Shown: positions 1 to 8,684 of the stretch, in pieces
How the letters are laid out: every line of letters starts with the position of its first letter
How positions within the stretch are numbered: the first letter of the stretch is position 1
Source of the DNA: Candidatus Aldehydirespiratoraceae bacterium
GTDB lineage: Bacteria; Actinomycetota; Acidimicrobiia; Acidimicrobiales; Aldehydirespiratoraceae
DNA: 64,000 bases
Direction of reading: 5' to 3'
NCBI GenBank assembly: GCA_965221585.1
Contig: OZ244898.1
Location: forward strand, 1,209,420 to 1,273,419
Notes under the pieces: model-generated
Database searches by the model: none
Seen by the model: the letters and a program-made list of their open reading frames with translations, nothing else
What the model was told of the DNA's origin: nothing
Program-made: the position numbers and the translations under genes

Positions 1-83
1 TCGACGGGGCCTACGCTGCTGCGTTCCTTCATCGGGTCAAAGAGATTATCGAGACTCGCGACTGGGAGGCGGAGGTCCACTGA
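1..83 (+). CDS. C-terminal end of a 2-oxoacid dehydrogenase E2 acyltransferase (partial; starts upstream of the window)
   Basis: The frame starting at nt 3 reads DGAYAAAFLHRVKEIIETRDWEAEVH* and ends at TGA 81-83. This resembles the conserved DGAxAAxFLxxxKxxLE C-terminus of E2 catalytic domains. E2 followed by lipB-lipA is the usual actinobacterial order. Confidence 0.5.
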   Translation, partial: DGAYAAAFLHRVKEIIETRDWEAEVH

Positions 84-124
84 GCCGGTCGGTTTCGCCC
101 GAGCGGACTCTGCGGGTCCGCTGG

Positions 125-1849
125 TTGGGACGAGTCTCCTATCGCGATGCGCTGGGATTGCAGCGAGGGTTGTTCGTCAACCGCCGACACGAGTATCTGC
201 TGCTGTTGGAGCATCCCCATGTTGTGACCACCAGCAGGCGCACTCCTTCGGCGCATCTGCTCGCCGATGTCGAGTCGCTCGGGGCAGAGTTGGTCGAGGC
301 GGACCGGGGCGGTGACGTTACCTACCACGGGCCCGGTCAGCTCGTTGCCTACCCGATTGTCGAGGTGCCGGGACGCCGCGGCGGAGGGATGGCCGACACC
401 GCAGCGTACGTGGCTTCGCTTGAACAGGTGTTGATCGAGACGCTCGGAGACCTCGGCGTGCATTCTGGTCGTCTCCCAGGCTGCACAGGAGTCTGGGTTG
501 GGCCCGAGACGGATAAGCCCAAGAAGATCGCGGCCATCGGGGTGCGGATTGCGCGGGGTCGCTCGATGCATGGGGTTGCACTCAATGTCGACCCGGATCT
601 GAGCTGGTTCAAACGGATCGTCCCCTGTGGCATCACTGACAAGGGGGTCACTTCGTTGGCCGCGCTCGGCGTTGACGTGTCGATGGCTGAGGTGGTCGGG
701 GTGTTCACACGACGAGCGGTGGCGACCTTCGCACCGCACGGGTCGGTCGATCGCGCGGGGGTGGGGTTCAGGACCAGACCCGTAGATCTGGCGCCGTTCA
801 CTCGAGGGGAGGGTCCTGGCACACCTGTTGGACGTTCAGGAGCCGGACACGGAGAGGAACAACCGGCGCTGGCCCTGTCTGGACAGGCACCGTCCGGGGA
901 GTTCTCGCAGCAGGCGGACGGCACCTCGTTGAGGCTGCTGGGCCGCCTCGCTCAAGCGGGGGCAACCGACCATGACCCTGTGCGATTGCGAGCCCGCAAA
1001 CCTGCCTGGATGCGGGTGAAGTTCGATCCTGGCCCTGAGTATCGCCGGGTGAGGTCCACGATGCGGGAACTGGGACTGGTGACGGTGTGCGAAGAAGCGG
1101 GCTGCCCGAATATTTCCGAGTGCTGGAACGACGGCACGGCAACGTTCATGATCCTCGGGGATCGCTGCACCCGAGCCTGTGGGTTCTGCCTGATCGACAC
1201 CCGACATCCCGAGGCGCCGGATCCCGATGAAGCGACCCGAGTGGCAAAGGCCGTTGAGTTCATGGGCCTACGCCACGCGGTCGTCACGATGGCCGCTCGA
1301 GACGACCTCGAAGACGGTGGGTCAACTGCTGTGGTTGACGTGATCGAGGCGATCCGCGAACGCACCCCGCAGTGTCGGGTGGAGACCCTGGTTTCGGACT
1401 TCAAGGGCCGCGACGAATCGCTCCAAAAGGTATTCGACGCTCGACCCGACGTGTTCAGCCACAACGTCGAGACAGTCGCCCGGCTGCAACGTGCGGTGCG
1501 CCCGTCGGCAGGCTATGCGCGCAGTCTCTCGGTCCTGGCCCGGGCCAAAGCGGCCGGTTTGACGACCAAGTCGTCAATCATCGTGGGGATGGGGGAGAGC
1601 GACGATGAGATTCGCCAGACCCTCACGGACCTGGCCGCAGTCGGCGTCGACATCGTCACGATCGGGCAGTACCTGCGTCCGACGTCGCACCATCTACCCG
1701 TGGCCCAGTGGTGGCAGCCGGAGTGCTTCGAGGAATGGAAGCGCTTCGGGGAGTCGGCTGGAATCGGGCATGTGGAGTCGTCCCCGCTGACCCGTTCGAG
1801 TTACCACGCCGGCCAGTCGGTGGATCGATTGGCAGGCAACCGCCGATGA
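125..1849 (+). CDS. lipB-lipA: Fused octanoyltransferase LipB / lipoyl synthase LipA (single 574-aa ORF)
   Basis: The N-terminal ~210 aa carry LipB motifs (LLLLEHPHVVTTSRR, RGGDVTYHGPGQLVAYPIV, KIAAIGVRI). The C-terminal ~310 aa is radical-SAM LipA (CEEAGCPNISECW, CTRACGFCLIDT). There is no stop codon between the two parts. The TTG start at 125 is uncertain. Confidence 0.85.
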   Translation: MGRVSYRDALGLQRGLFVNRRHEYLLLLEHPHVVTTSRRTPSAHLLADVESLGAELVEADRGGDVTYHGPGQLVAYPIVEVPGRRGGGMADTAAYVASLEQVLIETLGDLGVHSGRLPGCTGVWVGPETDKPKKIAAIGVRIARGRSMHGVALNVDPDLSWFKRIVPCGITDKGVTSLAALGVDVSMAEVVGVFTRRAVATFAPHGSVDRAGVGFRTRPVDLAPFTRGEGPGTPVGRSGAGHGEEQPALALSGQAPSGEFSQQADGTSLRLLGRLAQAGATDHDPVRLRARKPAWMRVKFDPGPEYRRVRSTMRELGLVTVCEEAGCPNISECWNDGTATFMILGDRCTRACGFCLIDTRHPEAPDPDEATRVAKAVEFMGLRHAVVTMAARDDLEDGGSTAVVDVIEAIRERTPQCRVETLVSDFKGRDESLQKVFDARPDVFSHNVETVARLQRAVRPSAGYARSLSVLARAKAAGLTTKSSIIVGMGESDDEIRQTLTDLAAVGVDIVTIGQYLRPTSHHLPVAQWWQPECFEEWKRFGESAGIGHVESSPLTRSSYHAGQSVDRLAGNRR

Positions 1850-1877
1850 CCGGGTTGTATACCTACTATGGGCCACG

Positions 1878-3053
1878 ATGGGTATCGGAGCCATGGGTAT
1901 CGATACCGTGGGAACTGTGAGCACCGAGCACCAGACGAGCGCCCAGTTCGCGCAGCGGCTCGACCGGGCCCGAGCCAAAATGACCGCGCAGGGAGTTGAC
2001 GTGCTGCTCCTGTCGGTCGGAGCCGACCTCCCTTACTTCTGTGGGTACGAGGCGATGCCTCTGGAGCGCATCACAATGCTGGTGGTGCCCCGCGACGGTG
2101 ACGCCACGCTGGTCGTCCCCGGACTGGAAGCTCCGCGGGTCGTGCCGCGTCCTGAGGTGTTCTCGGTAAAGCCGTGGTCTGAGACCCAGGATCCGATCTC
2201 CTTGATCGCCTCGCTGATGGGTCCTGCGTCTACTGCTGCGGTTGGTGATCAGATGTGGTCCGGGTTCCTCGTCGATCTGATGTCTGTGCAACCGAACACG
2301 GTGTTCCGTCGTGCCAGTTCGGTCACAGGAGCGATCCGGGCGATCAAGGACGACGCAGAGATCCAGCGGCTGCGAGCGGCCAGCCGCGCGGTGGATGCGA
2401 TCGCCGAGCGTCTTCAGGGCGGAGAGATTCCGCTTGTCGGCCGCACCGAAGCGGAGGTGTCGGCAGAACTGGGGCGCCAGATCATTGCTGAGGGCCATGA
2501 TCGGGTCAACTTCGCCATCGTGGCGACAGGAGAGAATGCCGCGAGCCCCCACCACGAGGCGGGTTCCAGGGTGATCTCTGAGGGCGAGGCGCTGCTCTGC
2601 GACTTCGGTGGGACGATGATCGGGGACGACGGCGTCGGTTACTGCTCGGACATCACCCGGTGTGTCTGGGTGGGTGCGCGACCGGATCGCGAGTATCTGG
2701 AGGCCTATGCAGTCCTGCACGAGGCACAGGCCGCGGCGGTCACAGCGGCCGAGGTCGGAACCCCGGCACAAGAGGTCGACCGAACCGCACGCGAGCGTAT
2801 CGCTGCGGCCGGATTCGGCAGTTACTTCGTTCACCGAACCGGCCACGGGATCGGCGTTGAGGCTCATGAGGACCCCTACATCGTCGAGGGCAATGAAGTA
2901 CCGCTGGCGGCGGGCAACGCCTTCTCGATCGAACCGGGCATCTATGTCCCGAACCGCTGGGGAATGCGCCTCGAGGACATTGTTGTCGCGACCTCCTCGG
3001 GCCCCGAGTCGTTGAACCTCGTAGACCATCATCTCGCAGTCGTGGAGGCATAG
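1878..3053 (+). CDS. M24 family Xaa-Pro aminopeptidase/dipeptidase
   Basis: Has a creatinase-like N-terminal domain. Carries the M24 metal-ligand motifs DFGGTM...YCSDITR, HRTGHGIGVEAHEDPY and FSIEPGIY...RLEDIV. The start codon is uncertain. Confidence 0.85.
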   Translation: MGIGAMGIDTVGTVSTEHQTSAQFAQRLDRARAKMTAQGVDVLLLSVGADLPYFCGYEAMPLERITMLVVPRDGDATLVVPGLEAPRVVPRPEVFSVKPWSETQDPISLIASLMGPASTAAVGDQMWSGFLVDLMSVQPNTVFRRASSVTGAIRAIKDDAEIQRLRAASRAVDAIAERLQGGEIPLVGRTEAEVSAELGRQIIAEGHDRVNFAIVATGENAASPHHEAGSRVISEGEALLCDFGGTMIGDDGVGYCSDITRCVWVGARPDREYLEAYAVLHEAQAAAVTAAEVGTPAQEVDRTARERIAAAGFGSYFVHRTGHGIGVEAHEDPYIVEGNEVPLAAGNAFSIEPGIYVPNRWGMRLEDIVVATSSGPESLNLVDHHLAVVEA

Positions 3054-3135
3054 TCGCGGCATAGACGCCGGGTCGTCTCAGGACGTCCAGCGGGGCCGCC
3101 GCTGAGACCCGTGGCGTAAGCGGTAGCTTGACTCG

Positions 3136-3990
3136 GTGATCCGCATTGACGCCGCCACGGTCCTTCTGCAGTGGGGGGCGGGTGGCTGGGTATTCTTGTG
3201 GGTCACGACACGGCGCCGCGAAGTCGGGCTCGGCTACGGCTGGTTGCAGCGAGCGATTTTCCTGCTGATGGGGGCGGGTTCGCTGGTCGCAGCGTTGGTG
3301 ACGGAATTCGTCTGGACACGAGAGGCGGCCACTCTTGTGTTCATGGCCGCGGGTGGTGTTGCGCTGGTTGTGTCGATCGCCCGCCGCTCAGCTGGTGTCT
3401 CAGGCCAGCGGGAACTTCGCGAACGGCGTTCCGAGCGCGTCGCGGAAATGACTGGTATTGATCGTGCCGAACCGTCATTCGATGATTCTGCGGCGGAGTT
3501 CCCCCCGAGTCTGGATCTGGTCGCGGCGGCGATCGGTATGGTCGCGGTCCTGTTCGCCTCGATCCACGCAGGCGACCCGGTGGTCTTGTCGATCGCCCGC
3601 GGCTTGGTCAGCGCCCTGTTCCTCGGTGTGGTGTCCGACGCCATGCTCCTCGGTCATTGGTACCTGGTGCAGCCGGGTCTGGCGAGGGGACCGATCCTGG
3701 AACTGGTCCGCTGGACCGGCATTGTCTGGGTGCCAGAGACCGTATTGATGCTCTGGCCCGTGGGAATGGTCTCCGTGCTCAATGGCACGATCGACGACGC
3801 CTACAACGGACTGCTCGGGTGGTTCTGGGCAGCGTGCGTGGTGACCACCATCGGGCTTGTGGGAGTGACCCGTGCGGCGCTTACCGAACGGGCCTATTCA
3901 GCTGTCATGGCCGCCACCGGTCTGATGTATCTCGCCATCCTCACGGCATTCGGCCAGGATCTGGTCGCCCGCATCCTGCTCGCGGGCTGA
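3136..3990 (+). CDS. Polytopic membrane protein, function unknown
   Basis: Long ORF with 7-8 hydrophobic segments. I recognise no family motif. Confidence 0.5.
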   Translation: MIRIDAATVLLQWGAGGWVFLWVTTRRREVGLGYGWLQRAIFLLMGAGSLVAALVTEFVWTREAATLVFMAAGGVALVVSIARRSAGVSGQRELRERRSERVAEMTGIDRAEPSFDDSAAEFPPSLDLVAAAIGMVAVLFASIHAGDPVVLSIARGLVSALFLGVVSDAMLLGHWYLVQPGLARGPILELVRWTGIVWVPETVLMLWPVGMVSVLNGTIDDAYNGLLGWFWAACVVTTIGLVGVTRAALTERAYSAVMAATGLMYLAILTAFGQDLVARILLAG

Positions 3991-3992
3991 AT

Positions 3993-4061
3993 CTCGCCGG
4001 GCGTAGCCGGAGCCGCGGGGTGTTGTTGCGGTGTCTTTGCCGGGCGTAGCCGGAGCCGCGG
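3993..4061. repeat. Two copies of a dispersed GC-rich intergenic repeat (core GCCGGGCGTAGCCGGAGCCGCGG)
   Basis: CTCGCCGGGCGTAGCCGGAGCCGCGG at 3993-4018 recurs as TTTGCCGGGCGTAGCCGGAGCCGCGG at 4036-4061. Related copies lie at 24901-24999 and 25746-25776. Confidence 0.7.
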
Positions 4062-4102
4062 TCCCTGTCACCGGAACCGTGTACTGCATCTAGACTAAGA
4101 CC

Positions 4103-5011
4103 GTGCCCAGAGCGTTTTGGAGCGGAAGCATCAGCTTCGGACTGGTCAACATTCCGGTGCGCCTGTTCGCCGCGGTCCGACGCAAGACCGTCCGGTTCAA
4201 CCAGATCGACTCGTCCACGGGAGCGCGCGTCAAACAGAAACTGGTCTCGTCGGAGGACGGTGAAGAAGTCCCCAGGGAACGGATAGTGAAGGGGTATTCG
4301 CTCGAAGACGGCAGCTACGTGACCATCTCCGAAGAAGAGATGACAGCGCTCGACCCAGAGATGGCACGAACCATCAACATTGACGAGTTCATCGACCTGG
4401 TCGACATCGACCCGATCTTCTACGACAACGCCTACTATCTGGCCCCGGCCGATCAGGCCGCGAAGCCTTACAAACTGTTGGCCACCGCCATGGAGCAGGC
4501 GGGAAAGGTCGGAATCTGCCATTTCGTGATGCGTTCAAAACGCTATCTGGCCGCGGTGCGGCCTGTCGAAGGGCGGCTGTTGTTGTCGACGATGCTGTAT
4601 CACGACGAGATCGTCGACCACTCTGAGATAGACGGCTTCGACCTGCTGGCGGAGACTGACATCGACGAGCGGGAACAGGCGATGGCCGAACAGTTGATAG
4701 CGACGCTCAATGCGACCTTCGACCCGACCCGCCACAACGACACCTACCGGGAAGCGGTTCTGGAATTGATCGAACGCAAAGCCGCGGGGGAGCGGAGCGA
4801 CGATCTGCTGAGAGCGCCCGCTCCCAGCTCCGACAAGGTCATTGATCTGATGGCGGCCCTCGAAGCCTCCGTGAACGAGGCCAAGAAATCGCGTCAACGC
4901 TCGTCGTCCGAGACCAAGGCTGGAACCAAAATCGGAACCAAGAACAGAAGCAAGGGCGGCAAACGCAAACCCGCAGACGTTTCGGTTGAGCCGTCCGAAC
5001 GCTCGGCGTGA
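4103..5011 (+). CDS. ku: Non-homologous end-joining protein Ku
   Basis: Has the typical bacterial Ku N-terminus MPRAFWSGSISFGLVNIPVRLFAA and a Lys-rich basic C-terminal tail. A LigD-type polymerase gene follows 10 nt downstream. Confidence 0.95.
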   Translation: MPRAFWSGSISFGLVNIPVRLFAAVRRKTVRFNQIDSSTGARVKQKLVSSEDGEEVPRERIVKGYSLEDGSYVTISEEEMTALDPEMARTINIDEFIDLVDIDPIFYDNAYYLAPADQAAKPYKLLATAMEQAGKVGICHFVMRSKRYLAAVRPVEGRLLLSTMLYHDEIVDHSEIDGFDLLAETDIDEREQAMAEQLIATLNATFDPTRHNDTYREAVLELIERKAAGERSDDLLRAPAPSSDKVIDLMAALEASVNEAKKSRQRSSSETKAGTKIGTKNRSKGGKRKPADVSVEPSERSA

Positions 5012-5020
5012 CCTCGGCCG

Positions 5021-5929
5021 ATGGCTGAGGCAGAGCGCGTCCAGGTCACAGTCGGCGGCCACCGGTTGTCGGTCAGCAACCTCGACAAGGTCCTGTATCC
5101 GTTGGTCGGGTTCACCAAGGCCCAGGTGATCGACTACTACGTCAGGGTCGCGCCGTGGCTGCTGCCACACATCGAGGATCGCGGCGTCACCCTGCGACGT
5201 TGGCCTGACGGGGTCACAGCGCAGTCCTTCTTCGAGAAGCGCTGTCCTTCTCATCGGCCCGGTTGGGTGAGCACCTGTACCGGTCCCGGCGACCGCCGGG
5301 GCGGCATCGACTACTGCCGACTGGACTCAGTCGCGGCGCTGGCTTGGACCGCGAATCTGGCAGCGCTTGAGATTCACTCACCTATGGCTCGCTGCGGCGA
5401 CATCGAGTCACCGTCAATGCTCGTGTTCGATCTCGACCCGGGTGATCCGGCGACGATCGTCGAGTGCTGCCAGGTGGCTCTGGAGATCCAGTCGGTGTTG
5501 AAGAGCGTGGATCTGGTGGCCTGCGCCAAGAGTTCCGGAAACAAGGGTCTGCAACTGTATGTGCCACTCAATTCACCGCACACGCATGCAGACGCGTCCG
5601 ATTTCGCCTTGGCTGTGGCGCAGGTCCTCGAACAGAGATCCCCGGATTCCATCTTGTCCAACATGAACCGCAAGCGCCGCGCCGGCAAGGTCTTCATCGA
5701 CTGGAGCCAGAACTCGCGCCACAAGACGACGATCGCCCCCTATTCCCTGCGTGGTGGTGACCGGCCGACGGTGTCGACTCCGCTGAGCTGGGACGAGGTT
5801 GCTGACGGCGCCGATGGCGAGCCGCTCATCTTTGAAGCCGCCGAGGTGCTCGAACGCGTCGAGTCTCTGGGTGATCTGTTTGCCGACACCATCACGGTGC
5901 AGCAGCAACTCCCGACCGCGGGCGCCTGA
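5021..5929 (+). CDS. ligD: Stand-alone LigD polymerase/primase (PolDom) NHEJ protein
   Basis: Motifs LSNLDKVLYP...TKAQVIDYY, FFEKR and LVFDLDPG...KSSGNKGLQLYVPL match the LigD primase-polymerase domain. No ligase domain is attached. Confidence 0.9.
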   Translation: MAEAERVQVTVGGHRLSVSNLDKVLYPLVGFTKAQVIDYYVRVAPWLLPHIEDRGVTLRRWPDGVTAQSFFEKRCPSHRPGWVSTCTGPGDRRGGIDYCRLDSVAALAWTANLAALEIHSPMARCGDIESPSMLVFDLDPGDPATIVECCQVALEIQSVLKSVDLVACAKSSGNKGLQLYVPLNSPHTHADASDFALAVAQVLEQRSPDSILSNMNRKRRAGKVFIDWSQNSRHKTTIAPYSLRGGDRPTVSTPLSWDEVADGADGEPLIFEAAEVLERVESLGDLFADTITVQQQLPTAGA

Positions 5930-5987
5930 CGCAGCCCGTCGGTCCGAGCCGTTGGTCTCGATCTCGTCGATGACGCCGGCCATGAAT

Positions 5988-6160
5988 CCGTGCGGGTCCG
6001 GGGCCTCGGCGAGAAAGCGGGTGGGAGCAGATCTTCCCAAGCAGCGGGATCGGTCTCCCTCAGAACCTCATGGGGGATGTAGGTGGAAGCGTCGCGGTCG
6101 TACTCGCTGAGACGTTCACGCACGACCGGTTCGAGGCCGGCCTTCACCACGGTCATCGGT
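5988..6160 (+). repeat. Left direct repeat: internally deleted remnant of a tyrosine-integrase gene
   Basis: 6034-6140 matches 18476-18582 with 4 mismatches in 107 bp by eye; 5988-6033 matches 18428-18475 more loosely. 6143-6159 (TTCACCACGGTCATCGG, encoding FTTVIG) matches 18716-18732. The left copy therefore lacks the 133 bp present in the right copy. Confidence 0.8.
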
Positions 6161-6351
6161 ATGAAACGTCAACCGACTGTTGTTGCTGTGTCGTTGCTAA
6201 TGCTGTCGCGGGAGTATCAGCTGATGACAGCGAGGTTAGGGGCCTTGGGGGGTTAGTTCATGCGTTGGAGTGTGATACTGAAGTTGCCTTCGCGGGTGGG
6301 TGTTGAACCAGGGCTGCGGTACCAGCATCGACGAGGTATTGATTGTGTCAG

Positions 6352-6372
6352 ATATTTCTGATATATTTCTGA
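6352..6372. promoter_or_regulatory. Tandem 10-bp direct repeat ATATTTCTGA x2 in an AT-rich patch upstream of abiEi (candidate operator/promoter)
   Basis: Copies lie at 6352-6361 and 6363-6372, about 45 nt upstream of the GTG start at 6417. AbiEi antitoxins are known autorepressors. Confidence 0.3.
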
Positions 6373-6416
6373 CTACACACCGTGTTCATCTCACCACACA
6401 CGAAGGGAGGGCAACC

Positions 6417-7040
6417 GTGGCATCTGTGGCGGACAAGATTACGCAGGCGGTTACCGAGCGCGGACCGGGGGCATGGGTATGCACCCCCGGGGACTTTCTG
6501 GGCCTGGGGAGCCGTGAGGCGGTCGACCAGGCACTGTCGCGCTTGACCAAGGCCGGCAAGCTGCGCCGGATCGGGCATGGCCTGTATGACATGCCGCGGT
6601 TCAGCAGCGTGCTGGGCCGGTCTGCGCCGGCCGACATGGACGCCGTCGTGGCGGCGTTGGCGAGGCGGGACGGCGTGCGGATCATGGCCGACGGGCTGGT
6701 AGCCGCTAATCGGCTGGGCCTCACCAATGCGGTGCCGGCAAGGGCCAGCTACCTCACCGACGGCGCCTCCAGGACGCTTCGGATCGACGGCAGAACCGTT
6801 CGGTTCCGACACGGCAGGCCCAGAATCATGCAGTGGGCCGGCAGGCCAGCAGCACCGGTGGTTCAGGCGCTGGACTGGCTCGGCCCCGACGCCGCCGCCG
6901 ATGCCCAGGTCGTCGAGATGCTCAGGCGCAGCCTTCCTGTTGACGTGAAGCACGATCTCAAGCAGAACATAAGCGACGTCCCCGGCTGGGCGGCACCGCT
7001 CGTGCGCAGCATCGTGGCCGATCAAAAAGCCGTCGCGTGA
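6417..7040 (+). CDS. abiEi: AbiEi-family type IV toxin-antitoxin antitoxin (wHTH)
   Basis: Has a wHTH-like region SREAVDQALSRLTKAGKLRRIGHGLY. It overlaps the downstream AbiEii gene by 4 nt (GTGA). GTG 6417 is preceded by GGGAGGG; the ORF is open from 6300. Confidence 0.75.
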   Translation: MASVADKITQAVTERGPGAWVCTPGDFLGLGSREAVDQALSRLTKAGKLRRIGHGLYDMPRFSSVLGRSAPADMDAVVAALARRDGVRIMADGLVAANRLGLTNAVPARASYLTDGASRTLRIDGRTVRFRHGRPRIMQWAGRPAAPVVQALDWLGPDAAADAQVVEMLRRSLPVDVKHDLKQNISDVPGWAAPLVRSIVADQKAVA

Positions 7041-8074
7041 ACGCAGCATTCGCAGCGTTCCTCGGCCTCGCTGAGCAAGACCGGCGCGACGTAATCGAAT
7101 CGGCCGCTGGCCGTCTTGACACGCTGCCCACCTATGTCGAAAAGGACCTCTGGGTCTGCGTCGTTCTGGACGCGATCTTCAACGGACTGCCCGATGGCCA
7201 CCCTCGCCTGCTCTTCAAGGGCGGAACCTCGCTGTCGAAGGTGTTCAGGCTGATCGACCGGTTCTCCGAAGACATCGATCTCGTCGTGTACCGAGACGAC
7301 TTGGGTTTCGGAGGAGATCGAGACCCGACCGCGGCGAGCGCCCTGTCGAAGAAAAAGCGAGCTGCGCTCTTCAAGACTCTCACCAGCGAGTGCAGCAGTT
7401 ACGTACTCGGGGACTTGCGGACAGCGTTGGCTGACGCGATCGGTGAGGCCAGCGAAGAATGCCTCATCGTCCCTAACACCGACGATCCGCAGTCGCTGTT
7501 GGTTGAGTACCCCACGCTGTACCCGGTCAGCGACACTGCCTACGTCGCGCCGAGCGTGAAGATCGAAGCCGGCGCGAGATCGGCTCTCGATCCCAACCAG
7601 TCCAGCGGCGTCACGGCATTCATTGACGACGAACTGCACAACGCCTCGCTCGACGTAGCCAACATCAGAGTGCTCTCGCCGCAGAGGACATACTGGGAAA
7701 AGCTGCTGATCCTGCACGGCGCCCACTGCGGGCACCGAGACCAAGGGCGAATCCCGGAGGACAGGAACCGGATCTCACGCCACTACTACGACGCCGCAAT
7801 GATCACGGCGACCGAGACGGGCGCGTCGGCCCTGTCAGACCTTGACCTTCTTGACGCAGTACGCAGCCACAACCTCATGGCCTTCAAGCAAGCATGGAAG
7901 CGCTTCGAAGAGGCCACCCCCGGTTCGGTGAAACTGGTGCCCCAACCCGGACTGCGCGAAGCAATCGAACGGGACTATGCGGCCATGCAGAGCATGATCC
8001 TCGGCGATGCTCCCGAATTCGAATGGATCAACGAACGACTGCAGGACGCCGAGAACGTCATCAATCACAGCTAG
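7037..8074 (+). CDS. abiEii: AbiEii/AbiGii-family nucleotidyltransferase toxin (DUF1814)
   Basis: The N-terminal region VEKDLWVCVVLDAIF...LLFKGGTSLSKVFRLIDRFSEDIDLVV is the characteristic AbiEii NTase core. Confidence 0.9.
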   Translation: MNAAFAAFLGLAEQDRRDVIESAAGRLDTLPTYVEKDLWVCVVLDAIFNGLPDGHPRLLFKGGTSLSKVFRLIDRFSEDIDLVVYRDDLGFGGDRDPTAASALSKKKRAALFKTLTSECSSYVLGDLRTALADAIGEASEECLIVPNTDDPQSLLVEYPTLYPVSDTAYVAPSVKIEAGARSALDPNQSSGVTAFIDDELHNASLDVANIRVLSPQRTYWEKLLILHGAHCGHRDQGRIPEDRNRISRHYYDAAMITATETGASALSDLDLLDAVRSHNLMAFKQAWKRFEEATPGSVKLVPQPGLREAIERDYAAMQSMILGDAPEFEWINERLQDAENVINHS

Positions 8075-8457
8075 CGGCCATCAGGCTGAACGAGCACACG
8101 GTGTGCCGGATCGGTGCGGGCGCCGGTGTCGGCGTCGAACGTGGCCCACAGCTGCAAGCAGTTAGGTTGTAGTTATCGAAGTTCCTTGATCATGTCCCCC
8201 AATTCGTCAAGCCTGTCCATCAGAATGCAGTGAGAAACGACAGTCCAGTACGTTTTGTTCGTCTCAGCGCCCCTCAACGCCTGCCCTCCGGGATGGCCTG
8301 GGTTAGTGAGCTGTGGCCGTGTCGGTCCGCCCCGCCTCAAGCGAATCGCACCCCCCTCTGGCAGCACTCTCAAATCCCTTTGATGGTCAGCGAAATTACA
8401 AGTACGTTGTTTCGGGCCCCTTGCTGGATGGGCAGCAGGCGGCGAAAGGGGTATGCG

Positions 8458-8622
8458 ATGGACAAGAAGCCAGGGATCCACACCGTCAAGCATGGCGGCG
8501 GTTGGGCCAACCGTCGTGCAGGGTCAGACCCGGTAAGCAAGGGCTACCCGACGAAGAAGGAATCTCAGCAGGCGGGCGCGTCTGCCTTGGTCAAAGGCGC
8601 TTTGGCGGCGGGGTGGACCTAG
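8458..8622 (+). CDS. Small DUF2188-like ORF, probably C-terminally truncated
   Basis: MDKKPGIHTVKHGGGWANRRAGSDPVSKGYPTKKESQQAG resembles the DUF2188 N-terminal half (hV.p..gGW.v...g..r....f.tk.eA...a). It lacks the usual C-terminal strand region. Confidence 0.3.
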   Translation: MDKKPGIHTVKHGGGWANRRAGSDPVSKGYPTKKESQQAGASALVKGALAAGWT

Positions 8623-8684
8623 TGGTGTGGAGGACGGCGAAATTGCCTCACTTCCCCACATCCCGTCTGGAGGGCTGAAGGCCC

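Noticed and set aside
5740-6156. The minus-strand ORFs 5740-6156 and 18419-18841 share GLEPVVRERLSEYDRDASTY(I/V)PHEVLRETDPAAWE. This reads somewhat like the C-terminus of an addiction-module antitoxin.
   Set aside because: Both lie antisense to the integrase-derived direct repeat. The rest of each ORF is Arg/Pro/Ser-rich, typical of antisense frames in high-GC DNA, and the left one overlaps the ligD-pol 3' end. I treat the shared peptide as a by-product of the DNA repeat, but a profile search could revisit this.
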